Shown here in pieces: positions 40,304-50,214 of a stretch of DNA of 64,000 nucleotides. Each line of letters opens with the position of its first letter. The first letter of the stretch is position 1. Source of the stretch: Patescibacteria group bacterium (GTDB taxonomy: Bacteria > Patescibacteriota > Minisyncoccia > Phycocordibacterales > UBA9973); NCBI GenBank assembly GCA_028868715.1, contig JAGWUB010000001.1, positions 247,206-311,205 of the forward strand, written 5' to 3'. The position numbers and the translations under genes were made by a program. The notes below the pieces were generated by a model. It saw nothing but the letters and a program-made list of their open reading frames with translations, searched no databases and was not told the DNA's origin.

Positions 40304-40996
40304 ATGAGCAACAACGAGAACAAAATAATAATTGACCCCATTTTTCATGCCAGCTTGATTTTAGAGTGGAATGGAGTAGTGATATATGCTGATCCGATAG
40401 ATGAAGACAAAAAAAATATATATGCAGGCAAACCTGCCCCTGATATAATTTTGATCACTGACATTCACCATGACCACCTTGATATTGAGGTACTAAAAAA
40501 AATTACATTAGAAAAAACTATCCTCATAGTCCCAAAAGTAGTGGCGGATCAAATCTCACCAGAAATTAGTTCGAAAATTTATATCTTAAACAATGACGAG
40601 ACAATGGAACACATGGGATTTAAAATAGAGGCGATCCCTATGTACAATTTACCAGGGCCAAGTGAAAGTTATCACATCAAAGGTAGAGGCAACGGCTATG
40701 TGATAGAGCAGGGTGGTACGCGGGTATATATTTCCGGCGATACTGCTGGAATTCCAGAAATGAGAAATTTAAAAAATATTGACACAGCTTTTGTAGCTAT
40801 GAACTTGCCTTATACGATGGATCCACAAGAAGCAGCTAGTGCCGTGCTCGACTTTAAACCAAAGACAGTATATCCATATCACTATCGCCAACACCCGACA
40901 AACGATTTTAGTGATGTGGCGAAATTCAAGGAAAAAGTGAACAGTCAGAATCCTGAGATAAAGGTCGTTCAGGTAGATTGGTATCACAAAAATTAA
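40304..40996 (+). CDS. Metallo-beta-lactamase-fold hydrolase
   Basis: ITDIHHDH, H.KGRGNGY, YISGDT, PYHY. Confidence 0.88.
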   Translation: MSNNENKIIIDPIFHASLILEWNGVVIYADPIDEDKKNIYAGKPAPDIILITDIHHDHLDIEVLKKITLEKTILIVPKVVADQISPEISSKIYILNNDETMEHMGFKIEAIPMYNLPGPSESYHIKGRGNGYVIEQGGTRVYISGDTAGIPEMRNLKNIDTAFVAMNLPYTMDPQEAASAVLDFKPKTVYPYHYRQHPTNDFSDVAKFKEKVNSQNPEIKVVQVDWYHKN

Positions 40997-41030
40997 ATAA
41001 AACATTATAAACATTTAAGATAATAAAAAA

Positions 41031-41462
41031 ATGAAAAATGAGAAAATGGTTTATACCATCTTGCGTTATGTAATGAGTTTTATATTTCTTTGGGCATTTT
41101 TTGATAAAGTTTTTGGTTTAGGGTTTGCGACAACAAGTGCACAAGCTTGGATTCATGGAGGATCACCAACCGCGGGCTTTCTTTCTATGGCCGTAAATGC
41201 AAAAAGTCCGTTTGCTTCTTTTTTCCATAGCCTTGCAGGGGTGGTTGTCGTTGACTGGATGTTTATGCTCGGACTTCTTTTCGTCGGTCTGACACTAGCA
41301 TTTAATAAATTTGTTAAATGGGGATGTTTGGCTGGTTCTGCAATGCTGGCGCTAATGTATTTGGCGCTGATGACTCCTCCAAACAATCCAATTATTGACG
41401 ATCATATTGTAAATATTCTAGTGCTTGCACTTATTGGGATGAGAGGAGAATGGTGGAAATAG
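41031..41462 (+). CDS. DoxX/TQO-like membrane protein
   Basis: FLWAFFDKVFGLG...GGSPTAGFL, NNPIIDDH. Confidence 0.75.
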   Translation: MKNEKMVYTILRYVMSFIFLWAFFDKVFGLGFATTSAQAWIHGGSPTAGFLSMAVNAKSPFASFFHSLAGVVVVDWMFMLGLLFVGLTLAFNKFVKWGCLAGSAMLALMYLALMTPPNNPIIDDHIVNILVLALIGMRGEWWK

Positions 41463-41549
41463 AAAGGTTGAGTTAGTTGTAGATTTGGTCTATAATGTAG
41501 ATACATAGATTATAAATAACATAAAATACCGCCACAGGCGGCCAAGTAT

Positions 41550-41678
41550 ATGGCAAAAAGAAGTACTACGCTTAGTCCAAAAAAGAAATCTCGACGTTCT
41601 CATAAAACCAAGAAGCGACTAGCTATAAAAAAGACAATGCTAGCTAGTAAGTCTAAAAATAAAAAGAGAAGAGCTTAA
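41550..41678 (+). CDS. Unannotated 42-aa highly basic protein
   Basis: MAKRSTTLSPKKKSRRSHKTKKRLAIKKTMLASKSKNKKRRA; promoter TTGAGT-17-TATAAT (41468-41496) upstream, terminator downstream. Confidence 0.7.
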   Translation: MAKRSTTLSPKKKSRRSHKTKKRLAIKKTMLASKSKNKKRRA

Positions 41679-41690
41679 AAAGTTTTAATC

Positions 41691-41723
41691 ACAAAAAAGG
41701 CGAGGAAATCTCGCCTTTTTTGT
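41691..41723 (+). terminator. Intrinsic terminator
   Basis: ACAAAAAAGGCGAG-GAAAT-CTCGCCTTTTTTGT. Confidence 0.85.
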
Positions 41724-41748
41724 ATGATTATTGCTATAATATAACGAT

Positions 41749-44379
41749 ATGAATTGGTTAAAACACATTTTTGCGAAAAGTAAAAAAGATGATGAGTTAA
41801 CCCAATCTCTCAAAAAAAGTCTTTTTGAAAAATTATATAAATTTGCAAAAAATGACCCAAATTTTTCGTTTAATGAATTAAACTCTAGAGAACAAGGGCT
41901 TGATGATGGGGAAGTACAGAAAAGATTAAAAATCTATGGCTCCAATGATATAGCTGATGAAAAAAAGACTAATCACTTTCTAAAATTGCTTGAAATCATA
42001 AAAAGCCCCTTGAATTTATTACTGTCGGCTCTAGCGCTAGTTTCTCTCTTTGTCGGCGACAAGGAATCCTTTACGGTCATTATAGTCATGGTTCTGTTGA
42101 GTATTTTTTTGAATTTTTACCAAGAAACAAAAGCAGCCATAGCCGCCGATAAACTAAAATCAATAATCCACACCAAGACCACAGTTATTCGGAATAATGT
42201 CAAACAGGAAATTCTTTTGAGAAATGTTGTTCCTGGGGATGTTGTTTATTTGTATTCAGGCACCATTATTCCTGGGGACGTTAGATTAATCTCATCCAAA
42301 GATTTATTTATTAATCAAGCCATGCTTACGGGTGAGTCTTTGCCAGTTGAAAAGCATGTAATAGATTCCAACTTAGACGAAAAAGGAGTAATAGAGTTTT
42401 GTAACTTATGTTTTTTAGGCACCAGCGTTGAGTCTGGAGTAGCTACAGCCCTCGTGTTAAATACCGGGAAGAATACTTATTTAGGAAGTGTGGCTTCTGA
42501 CATTAATAAAAATGACCATGTTTCTGATTTCAATACTGAATTAAAGAAGTTTGTTTTATTGATTTTGAAATTTATGGCCGTTATGGTGCCAGCTGTTTTT
42601 TTATTGAATGGAATTTTCAAAGGGAACTGGTTTGAAGCATTTTTGTTTGCTATTGCGGTAGCTGTCGGAGTTGCCCCAGAGATGATTCCAACCATCGTGG
42701 CTGTAAATTTATCAAAAGGAGCCATGGTTTTATCTAAAAATAAAGTTATCGTCAAACACTTAGATGCCATAGAAAACTTGGGAGTAATGGATATCTTATG
42801 CACCGACAAGACAGGAACACTTACCGAAGGTACGGTTGTTTTAGAAAAGCACTTAGATATTTATGGAAAAGATAGCGTCGAATCCCTACATTACGCATTT
42901 CTCAATAGTTATTTTCAAACTGGCGTAAAAAACATTATAAATGAAGCAATTTTGAAACACGATGAAGCTAAGGAAAAATTGGAAATAAACAATTATGTAA
43001 AAATAGATGAAATTCCGTTTGATTTCAATAGAAGGAAAATGTCTGTCATCGTTTCAGACACCAAAAGCAATAAATCTCTATTGGTTTGCACGGGAGCAGT
43101 AGAGGAAATTATTGCTTCTTGCGAAAGTGTTTTGATTGATGGAAAAATAATTTCCTTAAAAGATTTTACTGATGAGAAAAAAATACTAATTGAAGAAGAA
43201 TTAAACAAAGAAGGTTTTCGAGTGACAGCCGTAGCCTACAAAGAGACTGATTCAGCCAAAAAAGTTTTTTCAACTGACGATGAAGACAAATTGACCCTTG
43301 TCGGCTTTTTAGCCTTTTTTGATCCGCCAAAGCCAAGCGTCATTGAGACTATAAAAGATTTAAAAGAATTGGGCGTAAGTGTAAAAATTTTAACAGGAGA
43401 CAATGAAATAGTAACTAGAAAAATATGTGAAGAAGTTGGTATCGTGGTGGAAAAAATATTACTCGGCAAAGACATTGAAAAATTAAGTGATGAGGAGCTA
43501 AATAAAGAAGTAGAAGAGGTGGTGGTCTATGCCAAGCTGTCTCCATACGACAAAGAAAGAATAATTAAAAGTCTCCGTTCCCAAAATCATGTGGTAGGAT
43601 TTCTAGGTGATGGTATCAATGATTCTCTTTCACTGATCGCCGCTGACGTCGGCATATCGGTCGATACAGCGGCAGACATAGCTAAAGAATCATCTGATTT
43701 GATTTTATTAGAAAAAAGTTTACTGGTTCTCAAAGAAGGAATAAAAGAAGGCAGAAGGATATTTGACAATATAATTAAATACATAAAAATGGCCGCCAGC
43801 TCTAACTTTGGAAATATGTTTAGCGTAGTTGGTGGAAGTATTTTCTTGCCCTTCTTGCCAATGTTGCCGATCCAGATACTTACCAACAACATGCTTTATG
43901 ATTTTTCTCAAATGACCATTCCTACCGACAATGTGGATGAGGAGCGTCTAGTAAAACCTAAAAAATGGGATTTTAAACATATTAAGAGATTTATATTGTT
44001 TTTCGGCCCGATCAGTTCGCTGTTTGACTATGCGACATTTTTTGTAATGATCTTTATATTTCATGCATGGGGTAACCCAGCACTTTTCCACACCGGCTGG
44101 TTTGTGGAATCTCTCCTGACCCAGACTTTTATTGTGCATATTATTAGAACCAGCAAAATCCCATTCTTCCAAAGCTGGGCCAGCTGGCCACTTATAACCT
44201 CTACTTTATGTGTAATTTTAGTGGGGCTTTATTTGCCATTTTCCCCATTTGCCAAAGCCTTTCAATTCTTACCTTTGCCACCGCTTTATTTTGCCCTATT
44301 GTTTATTGGGTTAATATTATACTTCCTGATTACCCAGTTCTTGAAAGTATGGTTTATTAAAAAATATGAGTGGATATAG
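41749..44379 (+). CDS. mgtA: Mg2+-transporting P-type ATPase
   Basis: TGES, PEMIP, DKTGTLT, PFDFNRR, GDGIND, KYIKMAASSNFGN. Confidence 0.93.
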   Translation: MNWLKHIFAKSKKDDELTQSLKKSLFEKLYKFAKNDPNFSFNELNSREQGLDDGEVQKRLKIYGSNDIADEKKTNHFLKLLEIIKSPLNLLLSALALVSLFVGDKESFTVIIVMVLLSIFLNFYQETKAAIAADKLKSIIHTKTTVIRNNVKQEILLRNVVPGDVVYLYSGTIIPGDVRLISSKDLFINQAMLTGESLPVEKHVIDSNLDEKGVIEFCNLCFLGTSVESGVATALVLNTGKNTYLGSVASDINKNDHVSDFNTELKKFVLLILKFMAVMVPAVFLLNGIFKGNWFEAFLFAIAVAVGVAPEMIPTIVAVNLSKGAMVLSKNKVIVKHLDAIENLGVMDILCTDKTGTLTEGTVVLEKHLDIYGKDSVESLHYAFLNSYFQTGVKNIINEAILKHDEAKEKLEINNYVKIDEIPFDFNRRKMSVIVSDTKSNKSLLVCTGAVEEIIASCESVLIDGKIISLKDFTDEKKILIEEELNKEGFRVTAVAYKETDSAKKVFSTDDEDKLTLVGFLAFFDPPKPSVIETIKDLKELGVSVKILTGDNEIVTRKICEEVGIVVEKILLGKDIEKLSDEELNKEVEEVVVYAKLSPYDKERIIKSLRSQNHVVGFLGDGINDSLSLIAADVGISVDTAADIAKESSDLILLEKSLLVLKEGIKEGRRIFDNIIKYIKMAASSNFGNMFSVVGGSIFLPFLPMLPIQILTNNMLYDFSQMTIPTDNVDEERLVKPKKWDFKHIKRFILFFGPISSLFDYATFFVMIFIFHAWGNPALFHTGWFVESLLTQTFIVHIIRTSKIPFFQSWASWPLITSTLCVILVGLYLPFSPFAKAFQFLPLPPLYFALLFIGLILYFLITQFLKVWFIKKYEWI

Positions 44380-44409
44380 AATGCTGAAAGGAGTATATTA
44401 TTTAGAGGA

Positions 44410-44874
44410 ATGAAAAAGAAGTTGCCATCAAAAAAAGCGAAGAAAGTGGTGATGGTTAGTGGGGGATTTGACCCAATTCATATTGGGCACGTGCGCATGT
44501 TTCAGGAGGCAAAAAAACTAGGCGATGAACTTGTCGTAGTTATAAATAATGACCACTGGCTAAGATTAAAAAAGGGTTACGTTTTCATGGGAGAAAATGA
44601 ACGCAAAGAAATCATCGAAGCATTTGATTTTGTCGATAAAGTTATCTTAAGCAGTCATAAAAAAAATACAAAAGATATAAGTATTTGCAAAGATTTATTA
44701 ATTGTCCGACCACACATTTTTGCCAAGGGTGGTGATCGGCATTCAGGCAACATTCCCGAAGTTGCAGTTTGCGAAGAGATAGGCTGTTTGATAGTAAACG
44801 ATGTTGGTTTCGGCGGTAAAGTTCAAAGTTCGTCGGATTTAGTAAAAAAAGCAAAATTAAAAACAAAAAAATAA
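44410..44874 (+). CDS. Cytidylyl/adenylyltransferase family protein (TagD/RfaE-like)
   Basis: SGGFDPIHIGH (HxGH), KGGDR, QSSS. Confidence 0.85.
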   Translation: MKKKLPSKKAKKVVMVSGGFDPIHIGHVRMFQEAKKLGDELVVVINNDHWLRLKKGYVFMGENERKEIIEAFDFVDKVILSSHKKNTKDISICKDLLIVRPHIFAKGGDRHSGNIPEVAVCEEIGCLIVNDVGFGGKVQSSSDLVKKAKLKTKK

Positions 44875-44875
44875 A

Positions 44876-45643
44876 ATGAAACCATTAACCCAACTCTCAA
44901 AAAAAGATTTAAGTGAAATTAAAATGATAGTTTTTGATGTTGATGGAGTGATAGTTCCAAGGGGTACTAAAATAAAACAAATTGGAAATACTACTACACT
45001 GGAAACAAAAGTAATTAATCAAAAACAAATAGAACAAATAAAAAAACTAAACAAATTAGGTTTTTTGATAAATATTAGTTCTGGCAGGGGGCTTTATATG
45101 CTACAAGAGATGTTTAGAGATATCTTGCCGTTCATAAGTCTTACCTATGAATGCGGAAGTGCTACTTGGTATAAAGGAAAAATTTATCAACATATCAATA
45201 GCTTTGAACGTACTAAAAATATTTTTCCAAAATTAAAAAAGGTGGCAATTAAAAATAGCAACGTAAAGGGATTTGAACCCAAGGAATTTATTATAACAAT
45301 ACATTGCAAGCGACCAGATAAAAAGATTGAAGCAATAGTTAAAAAAGACAAGGGTTTGGTTACCCTATGGAATGGCGAAGCTTATGATGTTTTAATTAAA
45401 AAGGATCAAACCAAAGCCTTGGGTCTTCGGCATGCAATGGAAATTTTTAAACTTAACAAGAAGAATGTTATGGCCATAGGAGATAATTATAATGACCATG
45501 AATTGCTACAAGAAAGCGGAATACCGATATCTGCCGACAAAAGCAGGGTAAAAGGGAAGTTCTATGTTCCATTAAAAGGTAAATTTCTTCCAGCTGACGA
45601 ATTAATGCAAAAAATTCTGGCACTTAAGGGCGTTAAAAGTTAA
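44876..45643 (+). CDS. HAD-superfamily (IIB-like) phosphatase/mutase
   Basis: FDVDG, SSGR, TKALG, IGDNYND. Confidence 0.85.
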   Translation: MKPLTQLSKKDLSEIKMIVFDVDGVIVPRGTKIKQIGNTTTLETKVINQKQIEQIKKLNKLGFLINISSGRGLYMLQEMFRDILPFISLTYECGSATWYKGKIYQHINSFERTKNIFPKLKKVAIKNSNVKGFEPKEFIITIHCKRPDKKIEAIVKKDKGLVTLWNGEAYDVLIKKDQTKALGLRHAMEIFKLNKKNVMAIGDNYNDHELLQESGIPISADKSRVKGKFYVPLKGKFLPADELMQKILALKGVKS

Positions 45644-45679
45644 TTGGTTAAAATAGTATTTAATTGTATAATATAAAAT

Positions 45680-46030
45680 ATGCAAGAATTTAAAGTATTT
45701 CAGGAGGAAAGACCATGGGGTAATTTCAGACAATTTACTCACAATACTCTTTCAACTGTAAAAATTCTTACGCTGAAGCCAAACCAAGCATTAAGCCTGC
45801 AAAGCCATGCTAAACGTTCAGAATTTTGCAGAATAATTAGTGGTAGTGGTATTATAGAAATAGGGGATAACAAGTATAATGTAAAGGAGGGCGACGAATA
45901 CAATATTCCCATAAACACCAAACATCGAGTTAGCGCTGGGGCATTAGGGGTTTCTTATTTGGAGATAAGTATTGGAGATTTTGAGGAGAATGATGAAGTT
46001 CGTTACGAAGATCAATATGGCCGCGCCTAA
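45680..46030 (+). CDS. Cupin, mannose-6-phosphate isomerase type II C-terminal-like
   Basis: ERPWG, LSLQSH..RSE, KHR, EI..GDFEENDEVRYEDQYGR. Confidence 0.85.
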   Translation: MQEFKVFQEERPWGNFRQFTHNTLSTVKILTLKPNQALSLQSHAKRSEFCRIISGSGIIEIGDNKYNVKEGDEYNIPINTKHRVSAGALGVSYLEISIGDFEENDEVRYEDQYGRA

Positions 46031-47222
46031 GAAAAAAACAATAAAAAAACCTGTCCGCAAGACCAAGAAAGTAAAACCCGTTAAGAAAAAAACAGTAGTA
46101 AAAAGAACTACTAAAAAAGTTGCTAAGAAAATACTAAAAAAGCCAATTAGCAGGAAGAAAAAAATTATTCCCCTTATTAAAAAGTTTAAGGGTAACCCAA
46201 TAGTAGGGCCGACCCACAATTCATTCTGGGAAGGGCAGGCAGTTTTCAATCCAGCAGCGATAGTGCACGATGGACGAGTGCATCTTTTTTATCGCGCGTT
46301 GGGGCATGATGGCATATCACGCTTGGGGTATGCTTCAAGCAAAGATGGCATTCATTTTGATGAGCGACTTCCTTATCCTGTTTATGTTGCTGAAAATAAA
46401 ATAGAAGCAGAAAGTCATTATCCATATACTTCACCCGCACGACTTGTTTATGATACGACCCTATATGCCTCTGGTGGTGGATGGGGAGGTTGTGAAGATC
46501 CGAGAGCAGTAAAAATTGAAGGACGTATATACATGACCTTCAACATGTTCAATGGCTGGGAATCCATGCGAGTAGCATTTACTTCTATCGACGAAAAAGA
46601 TTTGTCTCTCAAAAAATGGGATTGGAGTAAGTTTAGTTATCTTTCTCGCCCCGGTGATAGACAAAAAAATTGGGTTTTGTTCCCTGAAAAATTTAATGGG
46701 AAATTTGCTCTTTTCCACAACCTAGACAAAGGAGATCCCCATAAGGTACATATTGCCTTTTTAAATAAGCTTGATATGAAAGAAACGCCCTCCATGAAAG
46801 ACGCTCCAGATCCACATACTTTACCTGATCATATAGTCAAATGGCACAATCGCACACGTAGCGCTGCAGCACCGCCAATAAAGACGAAATATGGTTGGTT
46901 GTTGTTTTACCATGCAATGGACAAAGATGATCCTGGTCGCTATAAATTAGGGGCACTCTTGCTTGATCTCAAGGATCCTACCAAGGTTCTTTATCGATCT
47001 TCACGTCCAGTGCTTGAGCCAAATGAATGGTATGAAAATGACTGGAAGCCGGGAATAATTTATGCGAGCGGAGCGGTCGTGAAGGGAGAAACACTTTTTC
47101 TTTACTATGGTGGCGGTGATAAACATATTGCTGTGGCATCTGTAAATTTAGACGAATTTCTCCGTAAATTAAGAAGCAATGGAAACGCAGTTTTTTCAAA
47201 AAAATCTGTTGTCACTATATAA
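46017..47222 (+). CDS. GH130-like glycosidase/phosphorylase with Lys-rich N-terminus (start probably ATG 46017)
   Basis: VFNPAA, GCEDPR, KNWVLFPEK, LLFYH, YYGGGD. Confidence 0.85.
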   Translation: MAAPKKKTIKKPVRKTKKVKPVKKKTVVKRTTKKVAKKILKKPISRKKKIIPLIKKFKGNPIVGPTHNSFWEGQAVFNPAAIVHDGRVHLFYRALGHDGISRLGYASSKDGIHFDERLPYPVYVAENKIEAESHYPYTSPARLVYDTTLYASGGGWGGCEDPRAVKIEGRIYMTFNMFNGWESMRVAFTSIDEKDLSLKKWDWSKFSYLSRPGDRQKNWVLFPEKFNGKFALFHNLDKGDPHKVHIAFLNKLDMKETPSMKDAPDPHTLPDHIVKWHNRTRSAAAPPIKTKYGWLLFYHAMDKDDPGRYKLGALLLDLKDPTKVLYRSSRPVLEPNEWYENDWKPGIIYASGAVVKGETLFLYYGGGDKHIAVASVNLDEFLRKLRSNGNAVFSKKSVVTI

Positions 47223-47226
47223 TCTC

Positions 47227-49158
47227 ATGTTTGTTGTAAAAAGATCTCACCACAATCCAATTCTTGTTCCAGATAAAGACCATTACTGGGAGTCTTTTGC
47301 TACGTTTAATATGAGTGTTGTTAAAAAGGGTAAAACTTTTTATGGAGTTTATCGTGCAATTTCAGCCGAAGATGAATTACGTACACCTAAGCGAGTTTCA
47401 ATAATAGGCGTTGGGAAAAGTAAAGATGGTATAGATTTTGAAGACCGAGTTCCACTCATTACCCCAGAAAAAGAATGGGAAAAGTATGGTTGTGAAGATC
47501 CCCGCGTTACTTTTTTTGAAGGAAAATACTATATATTCTATACAGCACTCTCGCATTATCCATTTGACGCCGATGGAATTAAGGTTGCCGTAGCAATAAC
47601 TGATGATTTTAAAAAAATCAAAGAACGTCATTTGGTAACTCCGTTCAATGCCAAAGCTATGTCTCTTTTTCCGGAACGTATCAATGGCAAGGTGACTGTA
47701 ATTGTGGCGATCCATACAGATATGCCTCCAGTGAAAATTGCAGTTGTGCAAGTCGATGAGATAGAGCAATTATGGGACCCAGATTTTTGGAAAGAATGGT
47801 ATAAAGACATAGACAAACACTCCATTGATTTAAAAAGATCTCAGTATGACCACATTGAAGTCGGTGCTTCTCCGGTTAAAACTAAAAGTGGGTGGCTTTT
47901 GGTATACTCACATATCCAGAATTATTTTTCTTCTCCTCGAAATTTGGATCGAATCTTTGGAATTGAAGCCGTGTTGTTGGATTTTGCTAATCCCTTGAAT
48001 ATCTTGGGGCGTACGAATGGCCCAATGCTAGTACCCAGTGAGCCCTATGAACTTTTTGGATACATGAGTAATATTATTTTTCCTTCTAGCGCAATCTTAG
48101 AAAAGAATAAATTGTCTATATATTATGGCGCCACCGATACGACAGTTTGTATGGCTCACGTAAATATAGATGATCTTGTTTCCACAATGCGTACAGAGAC
48201 TAAGGCATCATGGCATTTTGAGCGCTCTGAACTGAACCCCATTATCTCTCCTATTAAGGAAAATCCATGGGAAGCAAAGGCAACTTTTAACCCCGCGGCT
48301 ATTAGGATAGGAGATACAACTCATATATTATATAGGGCACTTTCAGAGGACAATACTTCCTCTATTGGGTATGCATCGTCAAAAGATGGACTACAGATTG
48401 ATGAAAGATTTTCAGAACCTATATATGTCCCAACAGAGAAATTTGAATTAAAAAAAGTTAATGGAGTAAATTCTGGCTGTGAAGATCCACGGTTAACTAA
48501 AATAGGCACGAATATTTATATGTGTTATACAGCATTTGATGGGATTGGCCCACCACGAGTAGCCATTACCTCAATTACAGAGAAAAATTTTTTAAAAAAG
48601 AACTGGCAATGGACAAAACCGATTGTAATTACCCCGGAAGGATTTGACGACAAGGACACCTGTATTTTTCCAGAAAAAGTGAATGGTCAGTATTTTATTC
48701 TGCATCGTGTTGGTGGAGAGATGTGTGGAGATTATTTTAAATCACTTAATTTTAGCACTCAAAAAGTTAAAAAATGTATCAGAATTATTGGTCCTAGAAT
48801 AAATACTTGGGACAGTCTGAGGGTCGGCATATCGGCGCCACCACTAAAGACAAAATACGGTTGGTTACTTTTATATCACGGTATTTCTAAAAGCAGTAAT
48901 ACTTATCGTATCGGGGCAGTACTTTTGGATCTCAATGATCCTGCTATTGTTCTCTCTCGTACTACTGACCCGATATTTGAACCAGAAAAACCATATGAAA
49001 AATCTGGAATTATAAATAACGTTGTTTTTCCATGTGGGATGACCGAGCAGAACGGTGTGCTGTATATTTATTACGGTGGAGCCGATACAGTCGTAGGAGT
49101 TGCTACGATGGAGCTTGATATTATTCTGAAAGCCCTTACCCGAGACATTAAAAAATAA
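47227..49158 (+). CDS. Tandem two-domain GH130-like glycosidase/phosphorylase (start probably ATG 47227)
   Basis: Two copies of TFN..., GCEDPR, FPE.ING, YYGA/GxD. Confidence 0.85.
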   Translation: MFVVKRSHHNPILVPDKDHYWESFATFNMSVVKKGKTFYGVYRAISAEDELRTPKRVSIIGVGKSKDGIDFEDRVPLITPEKEWEKYGCEDPRVTFFEGKYYIFYTALSHYPFDADGIKVAVAITDDFKKIKERHLVTPFNAKAMSLFPERINGKVTVIVAIHTDMPPVKIAVVQVDEIEQLWDPDFWKEWYKDIDKHSIDLKRSQYDHIEVGASPVKTKSGWLLVYSHIQNYFSSPRNLDRIFGIEAVLLDFANPLNILGRTNGPMLVPSEPYELFGYMSNIIFPSSAILEKNKLSIYYGATDTTVCMAHVNIDDLVSTMRTETKASWHFERSELNPIISPIKENPWEAKATFNPAAIRIGDTTHILYRALSEDNTSSIGYASSKDGLQIDERFSEPIYVPTEKFELKKVNGVNSGCEDPRLTKIGTNIYMCYTAFDGIGPPRVAITSITEKNFLKKNWQWTKPIVITPEGFDDKDTCIFPEKVNGQYFILHRVGGEMCGDYFKSLNFSTQKVKKCIRIIGPRINTWDSLRVGISAPPLKTKYGWLLLYHGISKSSNTYRIGAVLLDLNDPAIVLSRTTDPIFEPEKPYEKSGIINNVVFPCGMTEQNGVLYIYYGGADTVVGVATMELDIILKALTRDIKK

Positions 49159-49174
49159 AGGTATAATATTCTTC

Positions 49175-49783
49175 ATGAATGCACCAATTGAATTATTACG
49201 CGTGTTTATTCTGGACCATAGGTCACTGGAATATATCATTATTTTTTTGGGAACAGCCCTGGGAGGGGAACTTGCTCTATTTGCTTTTGGTTTTCTGGCT
49301 GCTCAAAATTTTATTTCGCTTATACCTTTATTCATCTTTGGTTTTTTGGGAACTTTTTTTCCGAATATTTTGTGGTTTTTTATTGGTAAAACAAATACAG
49401 CCAGCCGAGTAATTTTAAATCGTTATGCTGACAATACCACTTCAATGATAACGCAGGCCGTGAGTAATATGAGTAAAGATAATCATTTTACAGCGCTGAT
49501 CATCATTAAATTTATTATAGGAACTCCATTTTTATTGATTATGTATGTGCATAAAACTGGACTATACCTAAAGCAGTTTCTTTACTACGAAACACCAGCA
49601 ATTCTTCTCTCGCTTTTGGTAGTTATTTTGATTGGTTTTATTTCTGGGCTTGGATTTACGATTCTTTCAGATATTTTCAATAATCTATATATAGCCATTG
49701 GGTTTATTCTAATAATTGCAGTAGTTATAATTATGGCTAAATTATGGATCAAAACACAATTTACCAAAAATATTTCAAAGTAA
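49175..49783 (+). CDS. DedA-like membrane protein
   Basis: GGELAL..GFLAA, LWFFIG, IKFIIG pattern, multiple TMs. Confidence 0.6.
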   Translation: MNAPIELLRVFILDHRSLEYIIIFLGTALGGELALFAFGFLAAQNFISLIPLFIFGFLGTFFPNILWFFIGKTNTASRVILNRYADNTTSMITQAVSNMSKDNHFTALIIIKFIIGTPFLLIMYVHKTGLYLKQFLYYETPAILLSLLVVILIGFISGLGFTILSDIFNNLYIAIGFILIIAVVIIMAKLWIKTQFTKNISK

Positions 49784-49815
49784 ACATGCATAAATATTTA
49801 TGGTATAATTAGGAT

Positions 49816-50214
49816 ATGCGAATAAATTTACAAGGCAAAAATATTGAGTTAACGGAGCCTATCAAAGATTATGTTTTAAAGAGAGTAACTAACTTGGAAA
49901 AATTACTTTCTGGGATTGAAAAAGGGGGAGGGGAAGTAGCAGTCACGTTTGAAGTTGGTAAAAGCACCAAGCATCACAAAGGAACTTCTATTTTTAATGC
50001 TTATTGTTTAATCAATACCAATGGCGAAGAATTTTATTCTAGCGCTGATGAGGAGGATTTATATACCGCGATTGATATAGTTAAAGAAAATCTCTTTAGG
50101 GAAATAAATAAAAACAAAGATCGTAAAAAGACATTGTTTAAACGAGGAGCCATGAGCGTCAAAAAAATGCTCAAAGGTCTTTCCAAGCGAAATCCTTTTA
50201 CTTCTAAGTACTAA
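49816..50214 (+). CDS. hpf: Ribosome hibernation promoting factor (HPF/RaiA)
   Basis: INLQGKNIELT..IKDYV.KR, EDLYTAID. Confidence 0.88.
   Translation: MRINLQGKNIELTEPIKDYVLKRVTNLEKLLSGIEKGGGEVAVTFEVGKSTKHHKGTSIFNAYCLINTNGEEFYSSADEEDLYTAIDIVKENLFREINKNKDRKKTLFKRGAMSVKKMLKGLSKRNPFTSKY

Noticed and set aside
21615-44400. Integrated prophage or genomic island at tRNA-Ala/Asn
   Set aside because: No integrase, phage genes or duplicated tRNA 3' end found by eye; only a variable-looking gene set
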